A stretch of 64,000 bases of DNA from Victivallaceae bacterium (GCA_045586645.1 JAZNAR010000040.1:6661-70660), one strand, 5' to 3'; shown: positions 26,947-36,618, counted from the first letter of the stretch. A program made the numbers and translations. Notes: generated by a model from the letters alone, not told the origin.

Positions 26947-27632
26947 TGCTTTTGCACCTGTTTTTTCTCTGTGCGGCGTTTTGGGGACAGGTCGGACAAG
27001 TCAGACTGGTCGAACATCCGGTTCTCAGCTGGCAGGTCTGCCGCTTCAAAAACTTCTCCGGTTGCTGTGTTAACGATTGAAATCTTATCTGTTTCGTGAA
27101 TTCGCAGATAACTTAAATCAACATTGCTCTCAATATACCACCCAATAATGGTTTTCCGGGGCGGATATCGTTTTACCCGTTTAAAACGCTGCCGCAGTAT
27201 ATTGCCGTCTTTTATTGAAAAAATGATAAGAGTTACATCAACCTCATTCTTCTTGGTTTTATACTCGTATGTTATCCAGCGGTCACTGTTGGGTATTGGA
27301 ATAGCCGTTTTTACGCGTGTCCACGCCAAACTCGGGAAATGCTCCATTGACCATATCGCTTTTTCTGAATCTTTTGTAACTGCCACATAGCGGGAATAAC
27401 CAAAATAATCAACAATTTTTCCATTCGGCGGAAAGCCAATCGCAAAAAAGTTCAACTTTTTATCGTAATGGATAATTTGCTCGTATGCTTTGCCGTTGGC
27501 ATCAGTGCGCACTCCAATGACCTCCTGCGAAGCAGTTTCATAACAGTAAGGCACAATAATACATCCGCTGTCAAACAGCATAAGCATTGTCGCAATTGCG
27601 GCATATATCATTTTTCCTCCGGCGTTATTCAT
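26943..27632 (-). CDS. hypothetical lipoprotein (229 aa)
   Basis: ATG at 27632 preceded by GAGGAAAATTA. Lipobox-like MIYAAIATMLMLFDSGC. Low-GC codon usage. No family recognised. Alternative ATG at 27674. Confidence 0.65.
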   Translation of the reverse strand: MNNAGGKMIYAAIATMLMLFDSGCIIVPYCYETASQEVIGVRTDANGKAYEQIIHYDKKLNFFAIGFPPNGKIVDYFGYSRYVAVTKDSEKAIWSMEHFPSLAWTRVKTAIPIPNSDRWITYEYKTKKNEVDVTLIIFSIKDGNILRQRFKRVKRYPPRKTIIGWYIESNVDLSYLRIHETDKISIVNTATGEVFEAADLPAENRMFDQSDLSDLSPKRRTEKKQVQKQ

Positions 27633-27745
27633 TAATTTTCCTCTGTTTTTTTCAAAATTACCATGTAAGTTCATACCATGTCATAAAATAATACCGTAAA
27701 AATCAAAATTCAAATAAGCAAATAATATTTTTATAACTTCCAAGA

Positions 27746-27765
27746 GTTATTTACTTGTAAATAAC
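27746..27765. promoter_or_regulatory. perfect 20-bp palindrome GTTATTTAC-TT-GTAAATAAC in divergent islet promoter
   Basis: 9-bp arms with a 2-nt centre. Lies between the divergent genes 26943..27632 and 27814..28527, just upstream of a TTGTGT-16-TATATT promoter-like element (27772..27799). Confidence 0.45.
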
Positions 27766-27813
27766 GTAACTTTGTGTTATGTTATTGCTAAAGTATATTG
27801 CTGGGAGTAATAA

Positions 27814-28527
27814 ATGATGATTGCTGAAACAATTATTTTCACGCTGATTCTTGTGCTTGCGGGAACTGCGGTATTGTATTGGAGGCATAAATCTGCTTCA
27901 TCTTCGGTACAAGTTGTGAATCTTTTTCTTACGATGCGGCTTAATCCTGAAGAACAAAAGGAGATTATTCAATGGCTCAACCAGCGTTTTGCCAAGGATG
28001 ATCTCGGACAAATCATCGCCGACGAAGGAAGCGGTTACCTGACCAATCAAAACGGGGAGAGCATTGCCTGTGACTTTGATATTCAGCACCCAAAGATGAA
28101 TAAAGCTAAATTTGAAGCAATCCTGCAAAACTTGAATAAAGTTTCATTTTTCACCAAAGGCTCGTACTTGAAATATCAGGATAAAAAATATCCGATCGGA
28201 GATGCAGTCGTGTTGGCAGTTTATTTGAAAAAGCAGGATTTTACCCCGGAAGAGTCTTCAGATCAGGCGTTGAATACTTTGATTGAAAAACTGTGCAATG
28301 CGCTTGATAAAAACTGTCGGTATTTCAGTTCCTGGCAGGATGGTAAAACTACGGCACTCTACTTTTATGGCAAAGACTATGCTGTTATGCAGCAGGCAAC
28401 AGCGAAATTACTGAATACTGAAAATCTTTGCCGGAATTGTAAAGTTATGCAATTGCCTGAATACGGAGGAAAAATCTTGCAAAAAAATCATTATCCGGCT
28501 TGCTTTTTTTCCGGGGGTGCAATATAA
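27814..28527 (+). CDS. hypothetical N-terminally membrane-anchored protein (237 aa)
   Basis: GGGAG RBS before the ATG at 27814. TM helix IAETIIFTLILVLAGTAVLYW. Low-GC codon usage. No family recognised. Confidence 0.65.
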   Translation: MMIAETIIFTLILVLAGTAVLYWRHKSASSSVQVVNLFLTMRLNPEEQKEIIQWLNQRFAKDDLGQIIADEGSGYLTNQNGESIACDFDIQHPKMNKAKFEAILQNLNKVSFFTKGSYLKYQDKKYPIGDAVVLAVYLKKQDFTPEESSDQALNTLIEKLCNALDKNCRYFSSWQDGKTTALYFYGKDYAVMQQATAKLLNTENLCRNCKVMQLPEYGGKILQKNHYPACFFSGGAI

Positions 28528-28568
28528 TAGAGAGATGACAGAAATCCCCGTTAAAATCAAGGAAAATC

Positions 28569-29672
28569 ATGCTTTACTATCTCTCATTTCTCAAAGATGT
28601 TTTCGGTCCGTTCCGATTGTTCGACTATGTTACTTTCCGCGCCGGATGCGCGGCGGGAACGGCGTTCCTGATCGTTGTCCTTGCCGGAGCGGCATTTGCC
28701 CGGATGCTCCGCAACTTCAACATCCGCGCCGCGTCACGGTATGACGGATTGATTCCCGATGAATTGCTGGACAAAAGAAAGAACAGTACTCCGTGCATGG
28801 GCGGCATACTGCTCATCGGAGCTGTCATTGTTTCGGCGGTCCTCTGGGGCAGATGGGATGGCGCAAACGGAATAATCGCGATCCTGACCTGCGGGACAGC
28901 CGGATTTGCCCTGATCGGATTTCTGGATGATTTTCTCAAAGTTTTCTGTCAACGCCGGGATGGATTACCTGGGAAACTCAAACTTCTGGGACAATTCATC
29001 ATCGGTTCGGCGGTGTTTTACTTTTTCTGGCGTCAGCCGGCACTGCACGGATTGATGAGCGGATTTTTCATTCCGTTTTTCAAACAGCCGTTTTTCACCG
29101 GTGCCTGGTGGATACCGGTATTTTCTGTGGCAATCATTATTGTCGGCTCTGCCAATGCGGTCAATCTGACTGACGGTAAAGACGGTCTTGCCACCGGATG
29201 TACCATATTCTGCGCGCTGGCGTATGCGGTGCTCACTTACTTTATGGGACACAAAATATTTGCTTCATACCTCAATCTGCCGTACATCAACGGTATTGAA
29301 GAAGCTGTGGTTTTCGCCTCGGCACTGGGCGGAGCGTGTATCGGTTTTCTCTGGCACAACTGCCATCCGGCAGCGATGTTCATGGGGGATACCGGCAGCC
29401 TGGCTCTCGGCGGAGCAGTGGGAATGCTTGCCGTGCTCACCCGTCAGGAACTGCTTCTGGCTCTGATAGGCGGTGTTTTTGTCATGGAAATCGTTTCTGT
29501 GATGCTGCAGGTGGCTTCATTCAAACTCACCGGCAAACGGATTTTTCTCTGTTCGCCGATACATCACCATTTTGAACGCAAAGGCTGGACTGAAACGCAA
29601 ATCGTTGTCCGCTTCTGGATTCTTTCAGGAATTTTTGCGCTGATGGCTCTGGCGACATTGAAACTGCGCTGA
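28569..29672 (+). CDS. mraY: phospho-N-acetylmuramoyl-pentapeptide transferase
   Basis: Polytopic membrane protein with typical MraY blocks (NAVNLTDGLDGLA-like NAVNLTDGKDGLA; MGDTGSLALGG; PIHHHFE). Confidence 0.95.
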   Translation: MLYYLSFLKDVFGPFRLFDYVTFRAGCAAGTAFLIVVLAGAAFARMLRNFNIRAASRYDGLIPDELLDKRKNSTPCMGGILLIGAVIVSAVLWGRWDGANGIIAILTCGTAGFALIGFLDDFLKVFCQRRDGLPGKLKLLGQFIIGSAVFYFFWRQPALHGLMSGFFIPFFKQPFFTGAWWIPVFSVAIIIVGSANAVNLTDGKDGLATGCTIFCALAYAVLTYFMGHKIFASYLNLPYINGIEEAVVFASALGGACIGFLWHNCHPAAMFMGDTGSLALGGAVGMLAVLTRQELLLALIGGVFVMEIVSVMLQVASFKLTGKRIFLCSPIHHHFERKGWTETQIVVRFWILSGIFALMALATLKLR

Positions 29673-29676
29673 ACTC

Positions 29677-30816
29677 TCATTCCGCGCTCAAACCGCGCCG
29701 GTTGTTCCGGCTGCCGGTGATGTGATAATAGTGCTGGGCGTCGCGTTCGATGAGCAGTTTCAGCTCAAGTTTCATCAGCGTTGCCAACAATCTGCCGGTA
29801 TCCATATCGGCGGCTTCCCGCAACTCTTCCAAATCGGCATCGCCGTTTTTGAGCAGACCGTAGATTTTGGCGCAATCCGGTTCCAGCTCTTCCGAGCCGA
29901 CTGTTTCTCCGGAAGAAACATCCAACTGCCCCGGACGCAATCCGGCGCACAATGCCGACATTATATCATCAAAATTTTCGGCAAGCCCCGCGCCCTCTTT
30001 GATAAGTTTGTGGCATCCCTGCGCCTGCGGATTATCCACCCTGCCCGGCAGGGCAAAAACATCTCTGCCGATTTCAGCCGCCAGACGCGCCGTTATCAAA
30101 GCACCGCTTTCCACACCGGCTTCAATGACCATCGTCGCCCGGCTCAAAGCGGCAACGATGCGGTTGCGCCGGGGGAAATTAGTCCGCATCACCGGAAAAT
30201 CCAGCGGAAATTCACTGATAACAGCACCGCCGCCCTGAACCATACGTCTTGCCAGCTCGATATTTTCTTTCGGGTGCATATGCATCAGACCGCCGCCAAG
30301 CACTCCGACAGTCTTTCCCGCCATATCGACTGCGGCGGTATGCACTATGGTATCCACGCCGATTGCCAGACCGGAAACGACAGTGAAACCGCAGCCGACT
30401 GCCTCTTCGCAAAAGAGCTGCGCCATCTTTTCTCCATACGCAGAAACCCGCCGGCTGCCGACGATAGCCAGTGAACGATCCGGAGTTTCCGGCAATTTGC
30501 CGCGCACATAAAGCACCAGCGGCGGATCATAAAGGTCACGCAGCATAGCCGGATAATTATCATCTGCCAGAGTGATTATCCTGACTCCGCCGCGGTCGGC
30601 AATGGCAAGTTCCCGGGAAAGTTCCGCATCCCAGTCAAAATTCACGATTTTTTCAGCAAGCATTTTGCCGATACCATCGACCTGCAGCAAATCACTGCGT
30701 GACGCAGTACGGATGTTATCAGCTGAACCGAATCTCTCCAGCAGTGCCAGATATTTCACATAGCCGATACCGGAAATCATGTTGAGCGCGACACATCCCT
30801 CTCTGTCAGTCATCAT
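29677..30816 (-). CDS. dprA: DNA processing protein DprA (Smf)
   Basis: Rossmann-like core GLAIGVDTIVHTAAV..GVLGGGL and a C-terminal winged-helix-like tail. Confidence 0.9.
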   Translation of the reverse strand: MMTDREGCVALNMISGIGYVKYLALLERFGSADNIRTASRSDLLQVDGIGKMLAEKIVNFDWDAELSRELAIADRGGVRIITLADDNYPAMLRDLYDPPLVLYVRGKLPETPDRSLAIVGSRRVSAYGEKMAQLFCEEAVGCGFTVVSGLAIGVDTIVHTAAVDMAGKTVGVLGGGLMHMHPKENIELARRMVQGGGAVISEFPLDFPVMRTNFPRRNRIVAALSRATMVIEAGVESGALITARLAAEIGRDVFALPGRVDNPQAQGCHKLIKEGAGLAENFDDIMSALCAGLRPGQLDVSSGETVGSEELEPDCAKIYGLLKNGDADLEELREAADMDTGRLLATLMKLELKLLIERDAQHYYHITGSRNNRRGLSAE

Positions 30817-32243
30817 GCCGCTCCGTTGTTACGACTTCTTACTGCTTCACGCAATTTGCGGTAACGTATGACCAGAAATCTTACCAGAAAATAGGTCAAA
30901 GGCGTCATTATCGCCGCCCAAAGCAATCCTCCGGCAAAAAACGCCGCAACGATATCTCCGCCCATTTCAGCGAAAACCCGCCACTTGTCCGTGAATGACA
31001 GAGTGTCATCGGTGAAAACTTTCAACACATTTTTTGCCGCATCTGCCGACAGATTGCCGTTGATGAGCTTGTTGCCGACCCATATTTGCACCGGATAAAT
31101 AAATATCGCCGTCGGCGGCGTGGTGATGAATGTTCCCAGAGCCGCCCCGATTTTGGAACCGCGGATAACAAAAGAAAGCGGCACAGCAACTATCAGCTGG
31201 CAGAAAATCGGCACCACACAGCCGACAAACATTCCCAGCGACCAGCCGCGGGCGATATAATCCGGCGAACCTTTGCCGCGGACGATTTTGGAATAAAGAT
31301 ATTTGACAAAACGCCACAGGGATTTACGCGGACGCTTTGCCGCCGGAATATTTTCCTCAATGATTTTTTCTCCGCCGACGGCAGAAAATTCCACTGTTTT
31401 CACCCGCTGCCATTTGCCGGCGGGATCAAGAAAATTCAACTTTCCGTCAGCAGAAAGCGCGTATCTGCCGGAAGCAAACGCATCCGCCACACGCGGCAGT
31501 ACCACATGGTCGCCGCGGTATTTGAGAGTTTCGATATTCAACTTTGCCAATTGGCGCAGCTTGTCATCATACGGAGCCTTGCCGCGGTTGGAAAATATCT
31601 CATTCAATTCAGAAACCGCATTGCCCTGCCAATCGACCGGTACCGGCGCAGAAATCCCCAATATCGGGCCGCCGTCAATCTCACAACTGTCATCCTGCTG
31701 CAAAGCCTGCACCAGAATAACGCTGCTGCGCAGAACGGGATTGCCGTCAAGCAGAGCTCTTTCCACAGGCTTGAAGTGCAGCCCGGCGTAACGCCGCACA
31801 TGATCATTTTCCACGGTCAAATCACCGGGATGCACATTCAGACACGGCAGTTTTTCCGGCAGGGAATTGAGCGGCACAAAACCGGCAAAAACAGCGAAGT
31901 CGGCATTATATCCGGCAAGCAGCTGCCAAACTTTTTCGCTCCACAAACGGCGCAGTTCCCAACGGCGGGGAGAGTTGAGCCGGATGGAAGTTTCACCGTT
32001 TTCCGCATAAAATTTTTCAATATCCAACGTTTCCACCGGGACATTGAATTTTTCCCCCAGAAGAAAAGCCGCACCGGTTTGCGGAGCATCTGTAAAAAGT
32101 GCCGCCACTTTGAATTTGCTCTGCGCCCCGGAAGCGTGTTCGAGCAACACTTTGGCATTGCTCCCGGTTCCGCTCAAACAGATGATAACAGTCGCCGGAA
32201 ATGATATTTTCTCCGCCGGCAATATATTTATTTTTTCACTCAC
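30813..32243 (-). CDS. PurN-like formyltransferase domain fused to a C-terminal DUF2062-like membrane domain
   Basis: N-terminus VIICLSGTGSNAKVLL.., NVHPGDL (Asn/His) and EIDGGPILG (Asp) as in glycinamide-ribonucleotide-type formyltransferases. C-terminus GSPDYIARGWSLGMFVGCVVPIF.. with 3-4 TM helices. GTG start. The stop overlaps the dprA start. Confidence 0.8.
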   Translation of the reverse strand: MSEKINILPAEKISFPATVIICLSGTGSNAKVLLEHASGAQSKFKVAALFTDAPQTGAAFLLGEKFNVPVETLDIEKFYAENGETSIRLNSPRRWELRRLWSEKVWQLLAGYNADFAVFAGFVPLNSLPEKLPCLNVHPGDLTVENDHVRRYAGLHFKPVERALLDGNPVLRSSVILVQALQQDDSCEIDGGPILGISAPVPVDWQGNAVSELNEIFSNRGKAPYDDKLRQLAKLNIETLKYRGDHVVLPRVADAFASGRYALSADGKLNFLDPAGKWQRVKTVEFSAVGGEKIIEENIPAAKRPRKSLWRFVKYLYSKIVRGKGSPDYIARGWSLGMFVGCVVPIFCQLIVAVPLSFVIRGSKIGAALGTFITTPPTAIFIYPVQIWVGNKLINGNLSADAAKNVLKVFTDDTLSFTDKWRVFAEMGGDIVAAFFAGGLLWAAIMTPLTYFLVRFLVIRYRKLREAVRSRNNGAA

Positions 32244-32398
32244 GTTACTGAATACCCTGATGCAAAAAGTTAAAAAATTTCACAGTTCCGGATGCTTAAA
32301 GTAATATCGCAAGTCGATTTTTTCAACTTCACCAAACGTTTTTTTGCTCATATTTTGAAAAAACTGCGACGAATATGGTTAAAAAAACGTTTTTCAGG

Positions 32399-32427
32399 TT
32401 GCAATAAAGCAATTCCGGTGTTATATT
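32399..32427 (+). promoter_or_regulatory. sigma-70-like promoter candidate for FHA-ftsH operon
   Basis: TTGCAA, 17-nt spacer, TATATT. Lies 62 nt upstream of the ATG at 32489. Confidence 0.45.
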
Positions 32428-32488
32428 GCCTTATGTGTAATTAAATATATGAAAACGCCTTACCGGCATCAAACAATGGTTGAAAATC

Positions 32489-33010
32489 ATGGCTAAAAAC
32501 CCGAAATTCACAGTTTTGTACGAAAAACTCCGCGGACAAAGTTTTGAAATCGATCAGGAAACAATGAGCATCGGCAGACGGGAGAGTGCCGACATCTGTC
32601 TCGCCGACGGCAGTGTCAGCGGACATCATGCCGACATCATCCGGAGTGAAGAAAACGGCAGAGTCTGCTATATCCTCCGTGACAATGACAGCACCAACGG
32701 CACCCGAATCAACAATGAGCCGGTGAGTGAAAAAGTCCTGCAGGATTCCGACCTCATTACTTTCGGCAGCGTTGAAGTTCTGTTTGACAGCGGCGACAAC
32801 CGGGCAAGTGACAACCAGTTCACCCATACCATTGATCTGCGCAATACCGAACTCAACACTGCGACCACCCAGACACTGGTGAATTTCAATCCGCTCGCGG
32901 AAACTGAAAAGAAGAAAAACGCCGTCGTCGTCAAACTGGTCATCGCCTGTGCGGCTCTGCTGGGTCTGGTTGCTCTCTATCTGGCATCGAAAGCACTGTT
33001 TTTCAACTGA
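32489..33010 (+). CDS. FHA-domain protein with C-terminal TM anchor
   Basis: FHA core SIGRRESADICLADGSVSGHHADI..DNDSTNGTRINNE. C-terminal helix VVKLVIACAALLGLVALYLA. Confidence 0.8.
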   Translation: MAKNPKFTVLYEKLRGQSFEIDQETMSIGRRESADICLADGSVSGHHADIIRSEENGRVCYILRDNDSTNGTRINNEPVSEKVLQDSDLITFGSVEVLFDSGDNRASDNQFTHTIDLRNTELNTATTQTLVNFNPLAETEKKKNAVVVKLVIACAALLGLVALYLASKALFFN

Positions 33011-33087
33011 CCCGATGCACTTTTGCTTTCAAATGACAACTTGCGGTGCCTCAACAGACGGTACCGCATATTTTTACCGAGGTTACA

Positions 33088-35106
33088 ATGAGCGAATCTG
33101 AAAAAAAACACCCCGGGAACGGCAAATCGCCGGCTCCGGCCAAAAAAGGCAACGCCCCCCGGCACGGGGAACCGCCGCGGCGCACGTCCCGGGCGGGGAT
33201 CGTGTGGCTGCTGATAATGATCATGCTCGGCGCGATGCTGATGTTCAAAACATTCGGTCCGGAGCAGCAGAAAGAGCTGACTCAAAGTGCCTTTGAACAG
33301 CATCTTGCCGCCGGCAATATCACCTCCGCAGAGATGATTCCGGACGGGAACAACGTTTTCCGTGTCGAAGGTGAGATGAAAAGCAGTGCAGCGGAAAATT
33401 CCGGCAAAAAAACTGTTTCATCCCGCAATTATTACGTTACCAGAGTTATCATGTCCGATCATCTCGGCACGCTGTTGCGCAATCCGCAGACAGCAGTGAC
33501 CGTGGGCAGTGACGGTTCCGGATTCTGGAACTTCATGTTTGCCAGCATATTGCCGGTACTGCTCATCATCGGAGTCATCTACTTCATCTCCATGCGCCAG
33601 ATGAAAATGAACGGTCACGGCGCGATGGATTTCGGCAAAAGCAAAGCCCGGATGATACCGCCGGATGAATTGAATGTGCATTTCAGCGATATTGCCGGGG
33701 CAGATGAAGCCAAAGAGGAGATCGGTGAAATCGTGGAATTTCTCAAAGACCCGCTCCGTTTTCAGCTGGTCGGCGGCCGCATTCCCAAAGGCTGTCTGCT
33801 GGTCGGCGACCCCGGCACCGGGAAAACATTGATGGCGAAAGCTGTTGCCTGTGAAGCGGGAGTGCCGTTTTTCTCAATAAGCGGCTCTGATTTTGTGGAA
33901 ATGTTTGTCGGTGTCGGTGCCAGCAGAGTACGCGATATGTTTGACCAGGCGCGCAAAAATATGCCGTGTCTTATATTTATTGACGAAATAGATGCTGTCG
34001 GCAGGTCACGTTTTTCCGGTTGGGGCGGCGGTCACGATGAAAGAGAACAGACCCTCAATGCCATGCTCGTGGAAATGGACGGTCTGGAAAGCCGCAACGG
34101 AGTGATCGTCCTTGCCGCGACCAACCGTCCGGATGTACTTGACCCGGCATTGCTCCGCCCCGGACGCTTTGACCGGCAGGTGGTCATGGATCTGCCGGAT
34201 ATAAACGGCAGACGTCAGATATTGGATGTACACGTCAAAAAGATAAAGGTCAGTGCAGACATCGACCTCGATGTTATCGCCAGAACGACTCCGGGCTTCA
34301 GCGGTGCGGAACTTGCCAACCTCTGCAATGAAGCCGCACTGCTCGCCGCCCGCAGAAACAAAGAATCTGTCGGCCAGAGCGAACTGGAAGAAGCCAGAGA
34401 TAAAGTCAGCTACGGCACAGAAAGACGCAGCCGCAAAATGAGCGACCGTGAACGCCGCCTGACCGCATATCACGAAGCCGGTCACACATTGATAGCTCTG
34501 CACAATGATTACTGCATCCCGGTGCACAAAGTCACTATCATCCCCCGCGGTCAGTCGCTGGGTGCGACATTCCTCATGCCCAAAGAGGATACATATACCA
34601 AGAGCAAACTGGAGCTTCAGGCTGACATGGCGATGTCTCTGGGCGGCAGAGCCGCTGAAGAGATCGTTTTCGGCGACATAACCACCGGTGCAGCGGCGGA
34701 TATTCAGCATCTGACCGGCATTGCCAGAAGAATGGTATGTATTTTCGGTATGAATGAAACCCTCGGTCCGGTCAAACTCGGTGATTACACCAGCCATCCG
34801 CATATGCGTATCGACGGTCCGCCGCCGGAAGGGATTTCCAACGAAACCGCACGCGAAATCGACCTTGAAGTCCGCAAACTTATTGATACGGCGTACAATG
34901 AAGCCAAATCGTGTCTGCTTGCACACCGCGATGAATTGGATAAACTCGCGGAAGCATTGCTGGAAAAAGAGACGCTTTCTGTGGCTGAAGTCAAAGATTT
35001 GCTCGGCATGACTCCGGCGGCTGAACCGCAGAGTGATGATGTGCCGCAGATGACAACCGGAAGTGAAGTCGAAGTCACCGATGCCGGAGAAAACAGCGAT
35101 GTCTGA
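33088..35106 (+). CDS. ftsH: ATP-dependent zinc metalloprotease FtsH
   Basis: Walker [12 protein letters not shown] region and HEAGH zinc motif. ATG at 33088 after GAGG. Confidence 0.95.
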   Translation: MSESEKKHPGNGKSPAPAKKGNAPRHGEPPRRTSRAGIVWLLIMIMLGAMLMFKTFGPEQQKELTQSAFEQHLAAGNITSAEMIPDGNNVFRVEGEMKSSAAENSGKKTVSSRNYYVTRVIMSDHLGTLLRNPQTAVTVGSDGSGFWNFMFASILPVLLIIGVIYFISMRQMKMNGHGAMDFGKSKARMIPPDELNVHFSDIAGADEAKEEIGEIVEFLKDPLRFQLVGGRIPKGCLLVGDPGTGKTLMAKAVACEAGVPFFSISGSDFVEMFVGVGASRVRDMFDQARKNMPCLIFIDEIDAVGRSRFSGWGGGHDEREQTLNAMLVEMDGLESRNGVIVLAATNRPDVLDPALLRPGRFDRQVVMDLPDINGRRQILDVHVKKIKVSADIDLDVIARTTPGFSGAELANLCNEAALLAARRNKESVGQSELEEARDKVSYGTERRSRKMSDRERRLTAYHEAGHTLIALHNDYCIPVHKVTIIPRGQSLGATFLMPKEDTYTKSKLELQADMAMSLGGRAAEEIVFGDITTGAAADIQHLTGIARRMVCIFGMNETLGPVKLGDYTSHPHMRIDGPPPEGISNETAREIDLEVRKLIDTAYNEAKSCLLAHRDELDKLAEALLEKETLSVAEVKDLLGMTPAAEPQSDDVPQMTTGSEVEVTDAGENSDV

Positions 35107-35392
35107 CTTCTGCAGTTGCGATTCATCCGGCAATGTCCTGCTGAAACTGCGGGTGCATCCGGGCGCAAAACGCAGCGGCATAAACGGGAAATTCGGTGAT
35201 GCGCTGAAAATTGAATTGCAGACACCGCCTGTGGATGGCAAAGCCAATGCTGCGCTGATAAAATTTCTGGCAGAAAAACTTGCTCTGCCCAAGAGTGCGC
35301 TCTCGCTCAAAAGCGGTGAGTGCAGCCGGGACAAAGTAATCCGAATAAGCGGAAAAAATATTGAAGAAATAATCTCTTTACTGGATAATTGA
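35099..35392 (+). CDS. DUF167 (YggU) family protein
   Basis: VHPGAKRSGI..PPVDGKANAALIKFLA signature. The ATG at 35099 overlaps the ftsH stop (ATGTCTGA). Confidence 0.8.
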   Translation: MSDFCSCDSSGNVLLKLRVHPGAKRSGINGKFGDALKIELQTPPVDGKANAALIKFLAEKLALPKSALSLKSGECSRDKVIRISGKNIEEIISLLDN

Positions 35393-35395
35393 AAA

Positions 35396-36613
35396 ATGAA
35401 AGATTCACCTAAAGCCATAATTTTTCTGCCGGACGGCATGGCAGATGACCCGTTGCCGGAATTAAACGGCATGACCCCGCTGGAATACGCCCATACCCCG
35501 GCAATGGATTCCATTGCCGCCAATGGCGTAAACGGCACGTTCCGCACCCTGCCTGCCGGACTGCCGACCTCATCAGATGTGGCAAATATGTCTGTACTCG
35601 GATTTCAGCCGGAAAACAACTACCCCGGGCGCGGTCCGATCGAAGCGGCAAGTCAGGGGATCGAACTTGCCGCTGACGATGTTGCCTGGAGATGCAATCT
35701 TGTCTACGTTTCAGATGACGGCGTTCTGCGCGATTATTCCGCCGGACACCTTTCCGACACCGATTCAGAAGTTTTGATGGCGGCTCTGAAAGCGGAATTT
35801 GACTCGGATGAGGTCACTTTTCATCACGGTGTCAGCTACCGCAATCTGCTGGTGCTTCACGGCGAACAGTTTTCGGATAAAATCGATTATCAGAAACCGG
35901 ATTCATCGCAGGATATTCCGGTCGACCAATTGCGCCTGAAACCGCTGGATGACTCTCCGGAAGCGGCTTACACGGTGAAATTTCTGGAGGAGCTTTCTGC
36001 CAAAGCGGCAAAATTTCTTGCCGCGCATCCGCAGAATGCCGGCAAAAAATCTCCGGCGAACTGGATTTGGCCGTGGAGTCCGGGATACCGTCCGCAGATG
36101 CAGCTTTTTTCGGAGCGTTACGCCGGACGTTCCGGTGCAGTCATCAGCGCAGTGGATGTCATAAAAGGTCTGGGCAAATGTTCCGGCATGGAAGTAATAG
36201 ACGTGCCGGGCGCAACGGGTTTTCTGGATACGGACTATGCGGCAAAAGTTGCCGCCGCACTGCAGGCGATAGAGAAACACGATCTGGTATATCTCCACGT
36301 TGAAGCGATAGATGAGTGCTCGCATCTGGGTGATTTGCAGCTCAAACTCCGTGCTATTGAAGAGTTTGACGCCAATATCGTTGCTCCTGTCATGCAGGCG
36401 TTGCAGGGCAGAAACTGCAATTTTGCCGTACTGCCCGACCATCCGGTGCCGATAAAATTACGTAAACACACTACCACTCCGGTGCCATTGGCGATTTGCG
36501 GCAGAAACTTTGCTCCCGATGCGGTCCGGAGTTTCAGCGAAAAGCTCTGCGTTTCCGGTTCACTGGGTCTGCTGCAAAAAGAAGAACTTGTCCGTAAACT
36601 GCTGGAAATTTGA
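35396..36613 (+). CDS. apgM: cofactor-independent phosphoglycerate mutase, archaeal-type (ApgM family metalloenzyme)
   Basis: N-terminal FLPDGMADDP..TPLE.A.TP.MD motif typical of this family. 405 aa. Family by recall. Confidence 0.8.
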   Translation: MKDSPKAIIFLPDGMADDPLPELNGMTPLEYAHTPAMDSIAANGVNGTFRTLPAGLPTSSDVANMSVLGFQPENNYPGRGPIEAASQGIELAADDVAWRCNLVYVSDDGVLRDYSAGHLSDTDSEVLMAALKAEFDSDEVTFHHGVSYRNLLVLHGEQFSDKIDYQKPDSSQDIPVDQLRLKPLDDSPEAAYTVKFLEELSAKAAKFLAAHPQNAGKKSPANWIWPWSPGYRPQMQLFSERYAGRSGAVISAVDVIKGLGKCSGMEVIDVPGATGFLDTDYAAKVAAALQAIEKHDLVYLHVEAIDECSHLGDLQLKLRAIEEFDANIVAPVMQALQGRNCNFAVLPDHPVPIKLRKHTTTPVPLAICGRNFAPDAVRSFSEKLCVSGSLGLLQKEELVRKLLEI

Positions 36614-36618
36614 GCCTT

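Noticed and set aside
26735-27073. 112-aa plus-strand ORF inside the islet
   Set aside because: It is antisense to the ATGA-coupled 56-aa ORF and to the lipoprotein gene end. It has no RBS, and the opposite-strand pair is better supported by coupling and a terminator.
34006-35547. 513-aa minus-strand ORF spanning the ftsH 3' end, yggU and the apgM 5' end
   Set aside because: It is antisense to three genes with unmistakable family motifs. Its translation is low-complexity (rich in F, S, R, A) with no motif. An open antisense frame is expected when the sense codons TTA, CTA and TCA are avoided.
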